The notes under the pieces: model-generated | Database searches by the model: none | Told to the model about the DNA's origin: nothing | Seen by the model: the letters and a program-made list of their open reading frames with translations, nothing else | Position numbers and translations under genes: made by a program | DNA from: Rhodothermales bacterium | GTDB lineage: Bacteria; Bacteroidota; Rhodothermia; Rhodothermales; VXPQ01 | NCBI GenBank assembly: GCA_951812335.1 | Contig: OX638293.1 | Coordinates: 1,032,731-1,096,730, forward strand | DNA length: 64,000 bases | Direction: 5' to 3' | Part shown: positions 41,304-50,855 of the stretch, piece by piece | Layout: every line of letters starts with the position of its first letter | Numbering within the stretch: the stretch's first letter is position 1

Positions 41304-42863
41304 TTGTTCATGGACGATCGCGAAAAGAGGAGTGCCGATCTCGAGAGGCGCCGCGAAGAGGCTCGCCTCGGAGGGGGAGCGGAGCGCATTGCGCAGCAAC
41401 ACGAACGGGGGAAATTGACAGCCCGTGAGCGGATCGATATTCTCCTGGACGACGGGTCTTTTCAGGAAGTGGGTATGTTCGTGCGGCACCAGGTGCGGGA
41501 TTTCGGACTTGCGGATCGCCGGCCGTACGGCGACGGTGTGGTTACGGGTTTCGGCACGATCGACAGTCGCCTTGTCTATGTCTACAGCCAGGATTTCACC
41601 GTATTCGGCGGGTCGCTTGGACTTGCCCACGCTCGCAAGATCACCCGCCTTATGCAGCTGGCGCTGGAGAATGGGGCGCCCATTATCGGATTGAACGACT
41701 CCGGCGGCGCCCGCATACAGGAAGGCGTCGATTCGCTTGGCGGCTATGCGGAGATTTTTCTCCTGAACACCATGGCTTCGGGTGTAGTGCCGCAGTTATC
41801 CGCGGTGCTTGGTCCGTGTGCAGGCGGCGCTGTATACAGTCCGGCCATCACGGACTTTGTCTTTATGGCGAAAAACACGAGCTACATGTTCGTGACGGGC
41901 CCCAATGTGGTGAAGACGGTGACCCAGGAAGAAGTGACTGCCGAGGAATTGGGAGGTGCGCGCACCCACACCGAAAAAAGCGGGGTCGCACACATGGCCT
42001 GCGAGAACGAGGTGGAATGTCTGCACCGGATACGCGATCTGTTTGGTTTTATCCCGCAGAACTGCGAGGATTCCCCTCCTTTCGTCCAAACCGACGACTC
42101 GCCGGATCGCATGGACGAAGCGCTCAACGATATGGTGCCGGAGCATCCGAACAAACCCTACGACATGCTCGAAGTGATCCGGGGGCTTGTGGACGAGCGA
42201 AACTTCTTCGAGATTCATGCTGGCTTTGCACCGAATCTCCTTGTAGGTTTTGCCCGTCTCGGCGGTCGGTCTATCGGCGTGGTTGCGAACAACCCGGCTG
42301 CGCTGGCGGGCGTACTGGACATGGACGCCTCGGTCAAGGGTGCGCGTTTTGTGCGGTTTTGCGACGCCTTCAATATCCCGTTGCTCGTCCTGGAGGACGT
42401 TCCCGGATTTATGCCGGGAATCGATCAGGAATGGGGGGGCATTATCCGGCATGGCGCCAAGCTTCTCTATGCTTTCTGCGAAGCCACCGTGCCCAAAATA
42501 ACCGTCATCACGCGCAAGGCGTATGGGGGCGCCTACGATGTGATGAACTCGAAACATATCCGAGGAGATCTAAATTTCGCCTGGCCCACTGCGGAAATTG
42601 CCGTAATGGGGCCGAAGGGAGCCGTCGAAATCATCTACAAGCGCCAACTGGCCGAAGCGGACGATCCCGCAACGGCGGAAGAAGACTTTATCCGGCAGTA
42701 CCGGGATACGTTCGCGAATCCCTATATCGCTGCCGGACAAGGGTACATCGATGATATTATCCTGCCCGCCGAAACGCGGTATCGACTCGTCCGGGGGTTC
42801 GATATGCTACGGAACAAGGTAGCCCGCAATCCCCGGAAAAAGCACGGGAATATTCCCCTGTAG
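41304..42863 (+). CDS. pccB: acyl-CoA (propionyl-CoA/methylmalonyl-CoA) carboxyltransferase beta subunit
   Basis: Carboxyltransferase N and C domains (…[14 protein letters not shown]…, …[11 protein letters not shown]…). Ends KKHGNIPL. Confidence 0.9.
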   Translation: MFMDDREKRSADLERRREEARLGGGAERIAQQHERGKLTARERIDILLDDGSFQEVGMFVRHQVRDFGLADRRPYGDGVVTGFGTIDSRLVYVYSQDFTVFGGSLGLAHARKITRLMQLALENGAPIIGLNDSGGARIQEGVDSLGGYAEIFLLNTMASGVVPQLSAVLGPCAGGAVYSPAITDFVFMAKNTSYMFVTGPNVVKTVTQEEVTAEELGGARTHTEKSGVAHMACENEVECLHRIRDLFGFIPQNCEDSPPFVQTDDSPDRMDEALNDMVPEHPNKPYDMLEVIRGLVDERNFFEIHAGFAPNLLVGFARLGGRSIGVVANNPAALAGVLDMDASVKGARFVRFCDAFNIPLLVLEDVPGFMPGIDQEWGGIIRHGAKLLYAFCEATVPKITVITRKAYGGAYDVMNSKHIRGDLNFAWPTAEIAVMGPKGAVEIIYKRQLAEADDPATAEEDFIRQYRDTFANPYIAAGQGYIDDIILPAETRYRLVRGFDMLRNKVARNPRKKHGNIPL

Positions 42864-43117
42864 GATGCTCTGATTAAGTCCGCAAAGATTCAGAGGCTGA
42901 AAGGGGTGCGCTGGCAAGGAATGACGAAGCAATGTGGCAGGCCCCACATAATGAGGAATGACACGGTCAGCGTGCCCCTCTCAGCCTCCCGAAGGGCGTT
43001 TCACGTTCGCGACGCCCCGAATTCGCAGTGTTTCCCGCTGATTCCGATGATGAAATCATGATATCCTGTACTTGCGAACGTGAAGCGCTGAACGAAGTGG
43101 ACTTGATCAGAGCATCC
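42863..43117 (-). mobile_element. MITE-like 255-bp TIR element, copy 3
   Basis: GGATGCTCTGATTAAGTCCGC… …GGACTTGATCAGAGCATCC. Near-identical to copy 1, with both termini carrying the same paired change. Confidence 0.8.
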
Positions 43118-43133
43118 TTTAGAAGGCGTCCGT

Positions 43134-43886
43134 CTACCCGAAAAGGGCGCGCAGGTACTCGCGTCGCATCTTTGCAATGGCGGCGATGGAAATTTGCTTC
43201 GGACATACGGCCTCGCATTCCCCGTGATTCGAGCAATCTCCGAATCCCTCGGCTTTCATCTGCTCTACCATGCGCACGACCCGTTCCTTGCGCTCCACCT
43301 GACCTTGCGGCAGGTGCGCAAGGTGGGTCACTTTCGCGCCTGTGAACAAGGAGGCGGATGCGTTCGGGCATGATGCGACGCAGGCCCCGCAACCGATGCA
43401 CGTGGCGAAATCGAATGCCTCGTCCACATGTTCCTTCGGAATGGGAAGGCTGTTCGCATCCGGCGCCCCGCCCGTATCGACGGAGACGTAGCCGCCCGCT
43501 GCGATAATGCGGTCGAACGCGCTGCGATCCACCACCAGATCCTTGATAATGGGAAAAGCGGTGGCGCGGAAGGGTTCGACGACAATCGTATCCCCGTCCT
43601 TGTAGTGCCGCATATGCAACTGGCACACGGCCGTAGCTTTCATGGGGCCATGCGCAATGCCTCCCACCATGAGTCCGCAAGAGCCGCAAATGCCCTCGCG
43701 GCAATCGTTGTCGAATTCGACCGGGTCTTCACCTTTTTTGATGAGTTCCTCGTTCAACACGTCAAGGGCCTCGAGGAAGGACATGTCCTCGTTCAGGTCC
43801 TCGAGCCTGTAATCGACCAGTTTCCCCTTTGCGTCCGGGCCGGACTGCCGCCAGACTTTCAAGTGTATGGTCATTGCTTGCGACAT
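43134..43886 (-). CDS. sdhB: succinate dehydrogenase/fumarate reductase iron-sulfur subunit
   Basis: 2Fe-2S ([10 protein letters not shown]), 4Fe-4S ([12 protein letters not shown]) and 3Fe-4S ([12 protein letters not shown]) cluster motifs. Confidence 0.9.
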   Translation of the reverse strand: MSQAMTIHLKVWRQSGPDAKGKLVDYRLEDLNEDMSFLEALDVLNEELIKKGEDPVEFDNDCREGICGSCGLMVGGIAHGPMKATAVCQLHMRHYKDGDTIVVEPFRATAFPIIKDLVVDRSAFDRIIAAGGYVSVDTGGAPDANSLPIPKEHVDEAFDFATCIGCGACVASCPNASASLFTGAKVTHLAHLPQGQVERKERVVRMVEQMKAEGFGDCSNHGECEAVCPKQISIAAIAKMRREYLRALFG

Positions 43887-43927
43887 GCGGCTGCGAAATG
43901 GTTCAGTGCTTCGACAAACATTCTGTG

Positions 43928-45844
43928 TTATTTGTAACTCCTCGTAGACAAATCGACCGCTTCAAACGATAGCGTCTCCTTGTGCAGCGTCGGAGATCCC
44001 GCATCTCCCGTAAATTCCCATGCGGCCACGTACGTATACTCTTCGTCCCGGCGCAGTGCCTCGCCTTCTTCCGTTTGATATTCCTCGCGGAAATGGGCGC
44101 CGCACGATTCGTCCCGATGCAGGGCGTCCCGGGCCATGAGTTCGCCCAGTTCGAGAAAGTCCGCTACGCGGCCCGCAAATTCGAGGTTCTTGTTCAGGGT
44201 GTCTTTCCGACCGGGCACGGATACGTTTTTCCAGTATTCGGCGCGCAGATCTGCAATGGCGTCAATGGCGTGCCGGAGCCCCTTCCGGTTGCGGGACATA
44301 CCTACATCGTTCCACATGATCTGTCCAAGTTCCCGGTGAAACTCTGTGACCGTTTTATCGCCCTCGACATGGAGCAGTTGCCGGATACGGTTCTCGGCCG
44401 CCTTGGCTGCTTCGTCGAACGCCGCCTCGGAAATGTCCACCTTTCCGCTGCCGCCGCCGGAAGCGATGTAGTCCCCCACCGTCGAGGAAATGACAAAATA
44501 ACCGTCGGCAAGGCCCTGCATGAGCGCACTGGCGCCCAATCGGTTTGCTCCATGGTCGGAAAAATTGGCCTCTCCCAGCACGAATAACCCCGGGATGGTG
44601 CTCATGAGACGGTAATCGACCCAGAGACCGCCCATCGTGTAGTGAACGGCAGGGTAGATACGCATCGGAACCCGGTACGGATTTTCACCCGTGATGCGCT
44701 CGTACATTTCGAAAAGATTCCCGTACCGTTCTCTCACTCCGGATTCTCCGAGACGCCCGATCGCATCCTCAAAATCCAGATAGACGGCTTGCTTCGTAGA
44801 ACCCACGCCAAAGCCATCGTCGCATACTACCTTGGCAGCCCGCGACGCCACATCCCGAGGGACAAGGTTGCCGAAACCGGGATACCTCCGCTCAAGGAAA
44901 TAGTCACGCTCGTCTTGCGGGATGTTTCCCGGGGAGCGGGTATCGCCGGCTTCCCGGGGCACCCAGACCCTGCCGTCATTGCGCAGGCTTTCGCTCATGA
45001 GCGTCAGTTTGGATTGGTACTGCCCCGACACCGGAATGCAGGTCGGATGAATCTGGGTGTAACAGGGATTGGCGAAAAAGGCGCCTTTCCGGTGGCATCG
45101 CCATGCTGCAGTGACGTTGGAATTTTTGGCGTTTGTGGACAAAAAATACACATTGCCGTAGCCTCCTGTACACAATAGCACGGCGTCGCCGGCATGGCGT
45201 TCCAGCTCACCGGTTACCAGATTACGTACTACAATACCCCGCGCCTGACCGTCCACGACCACGAGTTCGAGCATTTCCCTGCGAGGAAACATCTTCACCC
45301 CGCCGGTCCGAACCTGCCGTTCAAGCGCCTGATACGCGCCCATTAGCAGTTGCTGACCGGTCTGGCCTCTGGCATAGAACGTTCGCGACACCTGGGCTCC
45401 GCCAAAGGAGCGGTTATCGAGCAGACCGCCGTACTCGCGCGCAAACGGAACGCCTTGCGCAACGCACTGATCGATGATATGGTTGCTGACGGCGGCAAGA
45501 CGATGCACATTCGCCTCGCGGGCACGATAGTCCCCGCCTTTGATCGTGTCGTAAAACAGACGCCAGACGGTGTCCCCGTCGTTCGGGTAGTTCTTGGCGG
45601 CATTGATGCCGCCCTGCGCAGCGATCGAATGAGCACGGCGGGGCGAATCCTGAATACAGAACACTTTGACATTGTATCCGAGTTCGGCCAGCGTGGCGGC
45701 GGCGGAGCCTCCGGCCAGTCCCGTACCTACTACGAGGATGTCATGCTTTCGCTTGTTTGCCGGATTGACGAGCTTCGCCCTGTCGAGATAGTTCTGCCAC
45801 TTCTCTGCAATGGGGCCGGACGGAACGTGGGCTTCCAGCGTCAT
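43928..45844 (-). CDS. sdhA: succinate dehydrogenase/fumarate reductase flavoprotein subunit
   Basis: FAD-binding [13 protein letters not shown] and the [10 protein letters not shown] covalent-FAD His region. Start at ATG 45844. Confidence 0.9.
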   Translation of the reverse strand: MTLEAHVPSGPIAEKWQNYLDRAKLVNPANKRKHDILVVGTGLAGGSAAATLAELGYNVKVFCIQDSPRRAHSIAAQGGINAAKNYPNDGDTVWRLFYDTIKGGDYRAREANVHRLAAVSNHIIDQCVAQGVPFAREYGGLLDNRSFGGAQVSRTFYARGQTGQQLLMGAYQALERQVRTGGVKMFPRREMLELVVVDGQARGIVVRNLVTGELERHAGDAVLLCTGGYGNVYFLSTNAKNSNVTAAWRCHRKGAFFANPCYTQIHPTCIPVSGQYQSKLTLMSESLRNDGRVWVPREAGDTRSPGNIPQDERDYFLERRYPGFGNLVPRDVASRAAKVVCDDGFGVGSTKQAVYLDFEDAIGRLGESGVRERYGNLFEMYERITGENPYRVPMRIYPAVHYTMGGLWVDYRLMSTIPGLFVLGEANFSDHGANRLGASALMQGLADGYFVISSTVGDYIASGGGSGKVDISEAAFDEAAKAAENRIRQLLHVEGDKTVTEFHRELGQIMWNDVGMSRNRKGLRHAIDAIADLRAEYWKNVSVPGRKDTLNKNLEFAGRVADFLELGELMARDALHRDESCGAHFREEYQTEEGEALRRDEEYTYVAAWEFTGDAGSPTLHKETLSFEAVDLSTRSYK

Positions 45845-45854
45845 GATTGTGGAG

Positions 45855-46568
45855 TTACGGGGCGAAAAAATAAATGTACAGGGGCAGCACAATAAAACCT
45901 GCGGCAATGCCGACGGCGAGTAGAGCCGCGATTCCGTAGATCAACGGGGTCAGGCGCCGGTTCATGGCGCCCAGAGACTGGAGTGCGCTCCATACGCCAT
46001 GGCGCAAATGAAATCCCAGCAAAACCATTACCCCTGTGTATCCGAACGCATAGATCGGGTGCCGGAACTTCTCTGTAACCAGACGCTTGAGGTCCCGGAT
46101 AGGTTCACCATCCACTAGCAGGCTATACCCCTCTGCGATACCAGGACCGAACTTGAACGACTTGAGGTGGATCGCGAGAAAAACAAGCAGGACGACACCT
46201 GTCAGAATCATGGTTCGGGAACTCGGGGACTGCAAGCCGGGGCGCCCGGCGCTTCGGTAGGTGTCGTAGCTTTGCTTTCTGGCGCGACGCTTGCCGAGAT
46301 AGATATTCACTCCGAGGATTGCATGGATCACGAGGCAAATCAGGAGCACAATCTCGACCGCGTAGAGGAGTGGCCCTGTGCTCAGTAACTTGTGCGCGTA
46401 TTCGTTGTAGGCCTCGCCTGCGCCGAAATAACTCAGGTTACCCGCCATATGGAGTATAACAAACCCCGCCCACGCGAAGCCGGTAACCCCGGTCAGTACC
46501 TTTTTTCCGACGGAAGAGGAAAGGGCCGACCGAAGACCGGGTTTGTCGTGTTTAATCCGGGGCGTCAT
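45855..46568 (-). CDS. sdhC: succinate dehydrogenase cytochrome b subunit (single large b558-type anchor)
   Basis: About 237 aa with five predicted TM helices and conserved His residues, directly upstream of sdhA. Confidence 0.8.
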   Translation of the reverse strand: MTPRIKHDKPGLRSALSSSVGKKVLTGVTGFAWAGFVILHMAGNLSYFGAGEAYNEYAHKLLSTGPLLYAVEIVLLICLVIHAILGVNIYLGKRRARKQSYDTYRSAGRPGLQSPSSRTMILTGVVLLVFLAIHLKSFKFGPGIAEGYSLLVDGEPIRDLKRLVTEKFRHPIYAFGYTGVMVLLGFHLRHGVWSALQSLGAMNRRLTPLIYGIAALLAVGIAAGFIVLPLYIYFFAP

Positions 46569-46795
46569 GGTGCAGGGCTTTCTGCGCCTCGTCAGGGTGT
46601 ATCGGGGATGCAAAAAAGGATGCTAAGAATAATAAATATCAGGTTCCATTGGATTATTACAAACTTTGTGAATATACTGTCTATTGTCCAAAAATGACCC
46701 ACATGCTTTGGTGAAAGGGCGTTTGCGGGGTATCTCGCGAAAAGCTCCGCCAAAGATCTGCACTTGAAAAACCACTCGCCATACGGAGGCCAACT

Positions 46796-47038
46796 ATGAC
46801 GATATTGCGTACGTTTTCCATAATGACCCTTGTGATTGCCTTAACGGCTCTTGTCGGCTGTGGGGGGCAGCAGGCCGATAGCGAAGACGCCATGATGGAA
46901 GGAGATGAGATGGAGATGGAAGGCCATGACATGGAGGATATGGATGCCGATGAGATGGAGATGGAAGGCCATGACATGGAGGATATGGATGCCGATGAGA
47001 TGGAGATGGAAGGCCATGACATGGAGGAAGAGGGATAA
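46796..47038 (+). CDS. small lipoprotein with Met/His/Asp/Glu-rich tandem repeats
   Basis: Lipobox LVGC after a hydrophobic leader. The mature part is about 58 aa, DEMEMEGHDMEDMDA x2.8. Confidence 0.6.
   Translation: MTILRTFSIMTLVIALTALVGCGGQQADSEDAMMEGDEMEMEGHDMEDMDADEMEMEGHDMEDMDADEMEMEGHDMEEEG
46904..47028 (+). repeat. perfect 45-bp tandem repeat, 2.8 units, in frame within the lipoprotein CDS
   Basis: GATGAGATGGAGATGGAAGGCCATGACATGGAGGATATGGATGCC at 46904-46948 and 46949-46993. The first 35 nt recur at 46994-47028. No mismatches. Confidence 0.95.
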
Positions 47039-47062
47039 TCGGTTCGTCTGATTGATATCGCA

Positions 47063-47099
47063 CGGTCCGCGATCGGGGGTAGACCCCGATCGCGGACCG
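47063..47099. terminator. perfect 16-bp hairpin between convergent genes (candidate bidirectional terminator)
   Basis: CGGTCCGCGATCGGGG-GTAGA-CCCCGATCGCGGACCG. No clear U-tract on either side. Confidence 0.5.
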
Positions 47100-47162
47100 C
47101 ACCCCATTTACACCCCATCCATTTTCCTTCCTTTCTCCTCGTTTATTTGCGGAGAAAGCCGT

Positions 47163-48347
47163 TTATGCACGCTGCCCGATCGGGAGCGTGTGCTTTCCAT
47201 GTGGGCCGACATACGCGGCCTTCGGGCGGATCAGCCTATTGTCGTTCCATTGTTCCTTCAAGTGAGCGCTCCAGCCTGCCGTGCGGCTTAATGCGAAGAT
47301 GGGCGTGTACAGGTCGATAGCGATGCCCAGCATGTAGTAGATGGAGGCGCTGAAGAAATCCACGTTGGGATACAGACCTTTCTCCGCCTCCATGATTTCC
47401 ATCATCTCCAGGCTCATTTCGTACCATTTCAGGGAGCCGATTTCCTTACCGAGTCCTTTACCCATGTCTTTAAGAATGCCGGCGCGCGGGTCCATTGTCT
47501 TGTAGACACGGTGCCCGAAGCCCATGATGCGTTCCTTCTTTGCAAGTTTTGCCGAAATATAGTCGGCGGGTCGTTGGCCGGACTTGTCGATTTCGAGCAA
47601 CATGCGCATTACCTCCTGATTGGCCCCGCCGTGGAGTGGACCTTTCAATGCTGCAATGCCGCCTGTTATTGCCGAGTAGATATCCGATAGCGTTGCTCCG
47701 ATCACACGGCTTGCAAAAGTAGAGGCATTTAATCCGTGTTCGGCATGAAGCACCAGGCATGCGTCGAATGTGCGTTCGGCCATCTCTCCAGGCCTTTCGC
47801 CGTTAAGCATGTAGAGAAAATTGTGCGCATGCGAACAATCCATGCGGGGAATTACCGGCTTTTTCCCTTTGCGCAACCGGTCGATCGCTGCAATAATCGA
47901 AGGAACGCGTGCGACAATCCGGATTGATTTTCTGTAGTTCGCTTCAGGCGATCCGTCGTCGGCCTCGTCGTCGAACAGGCTTAGGGAAGAAACCGCCGTC
48001 CGGAGGGCCGCCATGGGATTGGCGTGTTCAGGTATACGATCCAGAATACTCCATATACCTTCTGGCAAGACGAGAGCTGCTCGCAATTGTTCTTTTACCT
48101 GGTCGAGGCGGGCCTGATTCGGCAAGTCACCGTCCAGGAGGAGGCAAAAAACTTCCTCGTAAGAGGTGTTTTGGGCGAGATCGCGGATGTCGTAGCCGCG
48201 ATACAGCAGTTGTCCGATTTTTCCGTTGACAAAGGCAATGTGCGAATCCAATGCAACGACATCGGCCAGTCCCTGCCCTTTCGCCGACGGCGTATTTTCC
48301 GGTTTTTCGGGGTCCTTCGATGCGTTATTTTGAGAAGAGGATGGCAT
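47163..48347 (-). CDS. gltA: citrate synthase
   Basis: …GPLHGGANQEV…, GFGHRVYKTMDPRA, and the catalytic His/Asp region. Confidence 0.9.
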   Translation of the reverse strand: MPSSSQNNASKDPEKPENTPSAKGQGLADVVALDSHIAFVNGKIGQLLYRGYDIRDLAQNTSYEEVFCLLLDGDLPNQARLDQVKEQLRAALVLPEGIWSILDRIPEHANPMAALRTAVSSLSLFDDEADDGSPEANYRKSIRIVARVPSIIAAIDRLRKGKKPVIPRMDCSHAHNFLYMLNGERPGEMAERTFDACLVLHAEHGLNASTFASRVIGATLSDIYSAITGGIAALKGPLHGGANQEVMRMLLEIDKSGQRPADYISAKLAKKERIMGFGHRVYKTMDPRAGILKDMGKGLGKEIGSLKWYEMSLEMMEIMEAEKGLYPNVDFFSASIYYMLGIAIDLYTPIFALSRTAGWSAHLKEQWNDNRLIRPKAAYVGPHGKHTLPIGQRA

Positions 48348-48935
48348 GGTGGGTTTACATTGTCTTTACGCGGTCGGCCCCGCACCGGGGCTGACCCTAC
48401 ATAGTATGGCGGCGAAAAACCGGTTTCGCAGAATGTCGAATCCTATACGGTACGCGTAAACCAGGACAAAGTGCCGGGTCGCTGCCGGGATCATTTATGC
48501 CGGACCGGCATGTAACATCACAGAAAATGTTGAATTTTCTTTAGCCACCCCGGCTGGGGTGCCGATTTTCACACACGACTTTTTACAATTTGTCAAGGAG
48601 CGCAGCACGTTGTCCTTGAGTCGGTTTTCCGATACTGTTTTCCACAAGCAGCGTACCTTGTGCGTTGCCTATGTGCGAGGCGGAGCGTCCATTCCGAATA
48701 TTCCGCTTACCCGGCATATTCCAGTTGTCTGGCGATACTCCGAACCCGACGGCACAATCTTCGAAACGTGTTTCATGCATGTTCTTGCAACCATCGCATG
48801 GAATACTTGCCTGTCTCTACATGAAAATGCCGTTGGGACCGTATCGATCCATCGTTCAGGCGCACTATCCGGTCCGGCAGGCCCGAGTGCGCAGCACATC
48901 AACCGACTCATCGAAGGCGTGTGCTCACGTCTTGT

Positions 48936-50762
48936 ATGGGTAAAGAAATTGTCATCAATGCAGAGAAGGCGCAAACGCGGATAGCCATCGTAGAAAATGG
49001 AAGTCTCGCAGAACTCTACATAGAGAACCCTGATAACTCCCGAACGATCGGCGACATTTACCTTGGCAGGATCTGCAAGGTTATGCCAAGCATCCAGGCC
49101 GCGTTCGTAGACATTGGGCGAAAACAGGACGCCTTTCTTCATTTTTCCGACCTTTCGGATGACATCGGACCGTTGCTTTCGTTCGTTGACGCAAAGCAGC
49201 CGGATGTATCTCGCACAGTCAATCAGAATCGGAAGCCGCCGAGAAAACGGGGCGCACGGCGCAAGCCGCACCGTGATCGCAGCGCATCCAGGCGCACCGA
49301 CGAAAAAAATCGCGTTGCGCCGACAGCAAAGCTCCGTGCCCGGCGACGACTCGTACAACGCCTGTCGAGAAAGACCGATAAAAACAGACGATCCGGCGAT
49401 CCGCCCGAAAAGTGTCTCAAGACCAACCAGCGCATTCTGGTCAAGGTTGTCAAGGAGCCGATCTCGAACAAGGGCAGCCGTGTTTCCACGGATATTTCGA
49501 TGGCCGGACGCTTTCTGGTCCTCGTTCCGTTCGGGAACTATGTAGCGGTGTCCAAGCAGATTCATTCCTACAAGGAACGGCGACGGCTCAAAGCCCTTGC
49601 CAAAAGCCTCGTTCCTGCGGGCGTGGGCCTGATCGTGCGCACGGTAGCCGAGGGAAAAAATGCTAAAACGCTCGACACTGATTTAAGGCTTTTGCTTGAT
49701 AAATGGCGCAAGATGGAACAGAAACTCGCGGGGCGTCCCAACCCGCCTATGCTGGTTCATCGCGACGTGAATATGCTCTCGTCGGTTATGCGCGATCGGT
49801 TCTCCGAAGATTACGACCGGGTGCTAATCGACAACGAGCGGCTCTACAGAAACGTCAGAAATTACATTCAGGCGATAGCTCCACAGATGGCCGACGCCAT
49901 CCGGTATCACAACGGGAAGGAACATGTGTTTGAGGCGGTCGGCATTCACGCCGAAATACAGGAGGCGTTCGAGGGGCGCGTTAATCTTCCTGGCGGCGGG
50001 TATCTCTTTATCGAACATACGGAGGCCATGCATGTCGTGGACGTGAACTCCGGGAGGGCGGGGCGTGGGCTTTCTCAGGAGGAAAGTTCCGTAAAGGTGA
50101 ATCTGGAAGCCGCCCGCGTCATCGCCAGGCAAATTCGCCTGCGGGATCTCGGCGGTATCATCGTGGTCGACTTCATTGACCTCCGGGATGAGAAGAACCG
50201 GAGGAAAATTTATGATGAACTCAGGAAGGAGTTCAGAAAAGACCGCGCGGTGACGAAGGTGCTGCCTATGAGCGATTTCGGGCTCGTCCAGATCACCCGG
50301 CAACGTTTACGTCCAAGTGTAACGGTGGAGGGAAACTCCCCCGATTTTCTGACGCAGAACGGTTCGGCCGGGACGGTGCAATCCGATCAGGCCGAAACGC
50401 AGCCTCCGGAAAAAAAGGAGCGGAACGAACCGAAAAGGTCTTCCGGAAGGGGGCGCGGCAGTTCCCGGGCAAGGCGCCCTGACCCGGTTGTGGTGCTCCA
50501 GGAAATTGAGCAGTGGATGGTGGCGTACAAGGTCATGGACGGTCCGCGAAACCTTACGCTATGGGCGCATCCGTTTACGGCTGCCTGGCTAAGGCGTAAA
50601 ATTGCCGGCATTCGCTTTGGGTTCTTTCTGAAACATTCTCTGCCGGTGCGCCTCAAAACAGATGGAACGATGTCTCCGTACGCGTTCCGTATCACAGATA
50701 CCCGGTCCGGGGAGGACCTTACCCGGAAGGTTCCATTGTCGAAAGGCGCCAGGCCCGGATAG
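48936..50762 (+). CDS. ribonuclease E/G family protein
   Basis: S1 domain (IGDIYLGRICKVMPSIQAAFVDIG), DNase I-like/5'-sensor region and Zn-link region. Start at ATG 48936. Confidence 0.85.
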   Translation: MGKEIVINAEKAQTRIAIVENGSLAELYIENPDNSRTIGDIYLGRICKVMPSIQAAFVDIGRKQDAFLHFSDLSDDIGPLLSFVDAKQPDVSRTVNQNRKPPRKRGARRKPHRDRSASRRTDEKNRVAPTAKLRARRRLVQRLSRKTDKNRRSGDPPEKCLKTNQRILVKVVKEPISNKGSRVSTDISMAGRFLVLVPFGNYVAVSKQIHSYKERRRLKALAKSLVPAGVGLIVRTVAEGKNAKTLDTDLRLLLDKWRKMEQKLAGRPNPPMLVHRDVNMLSSVMRDRFSEDYDRVLIDNERLYRNVRNYIQAIAPQMADAIRYHNGKEHVFEAVGIHAEIQEAFEGRVNLPGGGYLFIEHTEAMHVVDVNSGRAGRGLSQEESSVKVNLEAARVIARQIRLRDLGGIIVVDFIDLRDEKNRRKIYDELRKEFRKDRAVTKVLPMSDFGLVQITRQRLRPSVTVEGNSPDFLTQNGSAGTVQSDQAETQPPEKKERNEPKRSSGRGRGSSRARRPDPVVVLQEIEQWMVAYKVMDGPRNLTLWAHPFTAAWLRRKIAGIRFGFFLKHSLPVRLKTDGTMSPYAFRITDTRSGEDLTRKVPLSKGARPG

Positions 50763-50855
50763 CCCGGAAGGCATTGGTCGCGGGCGCTTTCTCCACTTTT
50801 CTTCTCGACTATGTCTCCTCGCGGAAGTTCGTTGTCTCCGGTTGCGGGCGTTACG

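Noticed and set aside
46904-47028. Tandem 45-bp repeats as a possible CRISPR array or non-coding VNTR
   Set aside because: The units are directly adjacent with no spacers. The unit length is a multiple of 3, and the repeats are in frame within a lipoprotein ORF. No cas genes are present.
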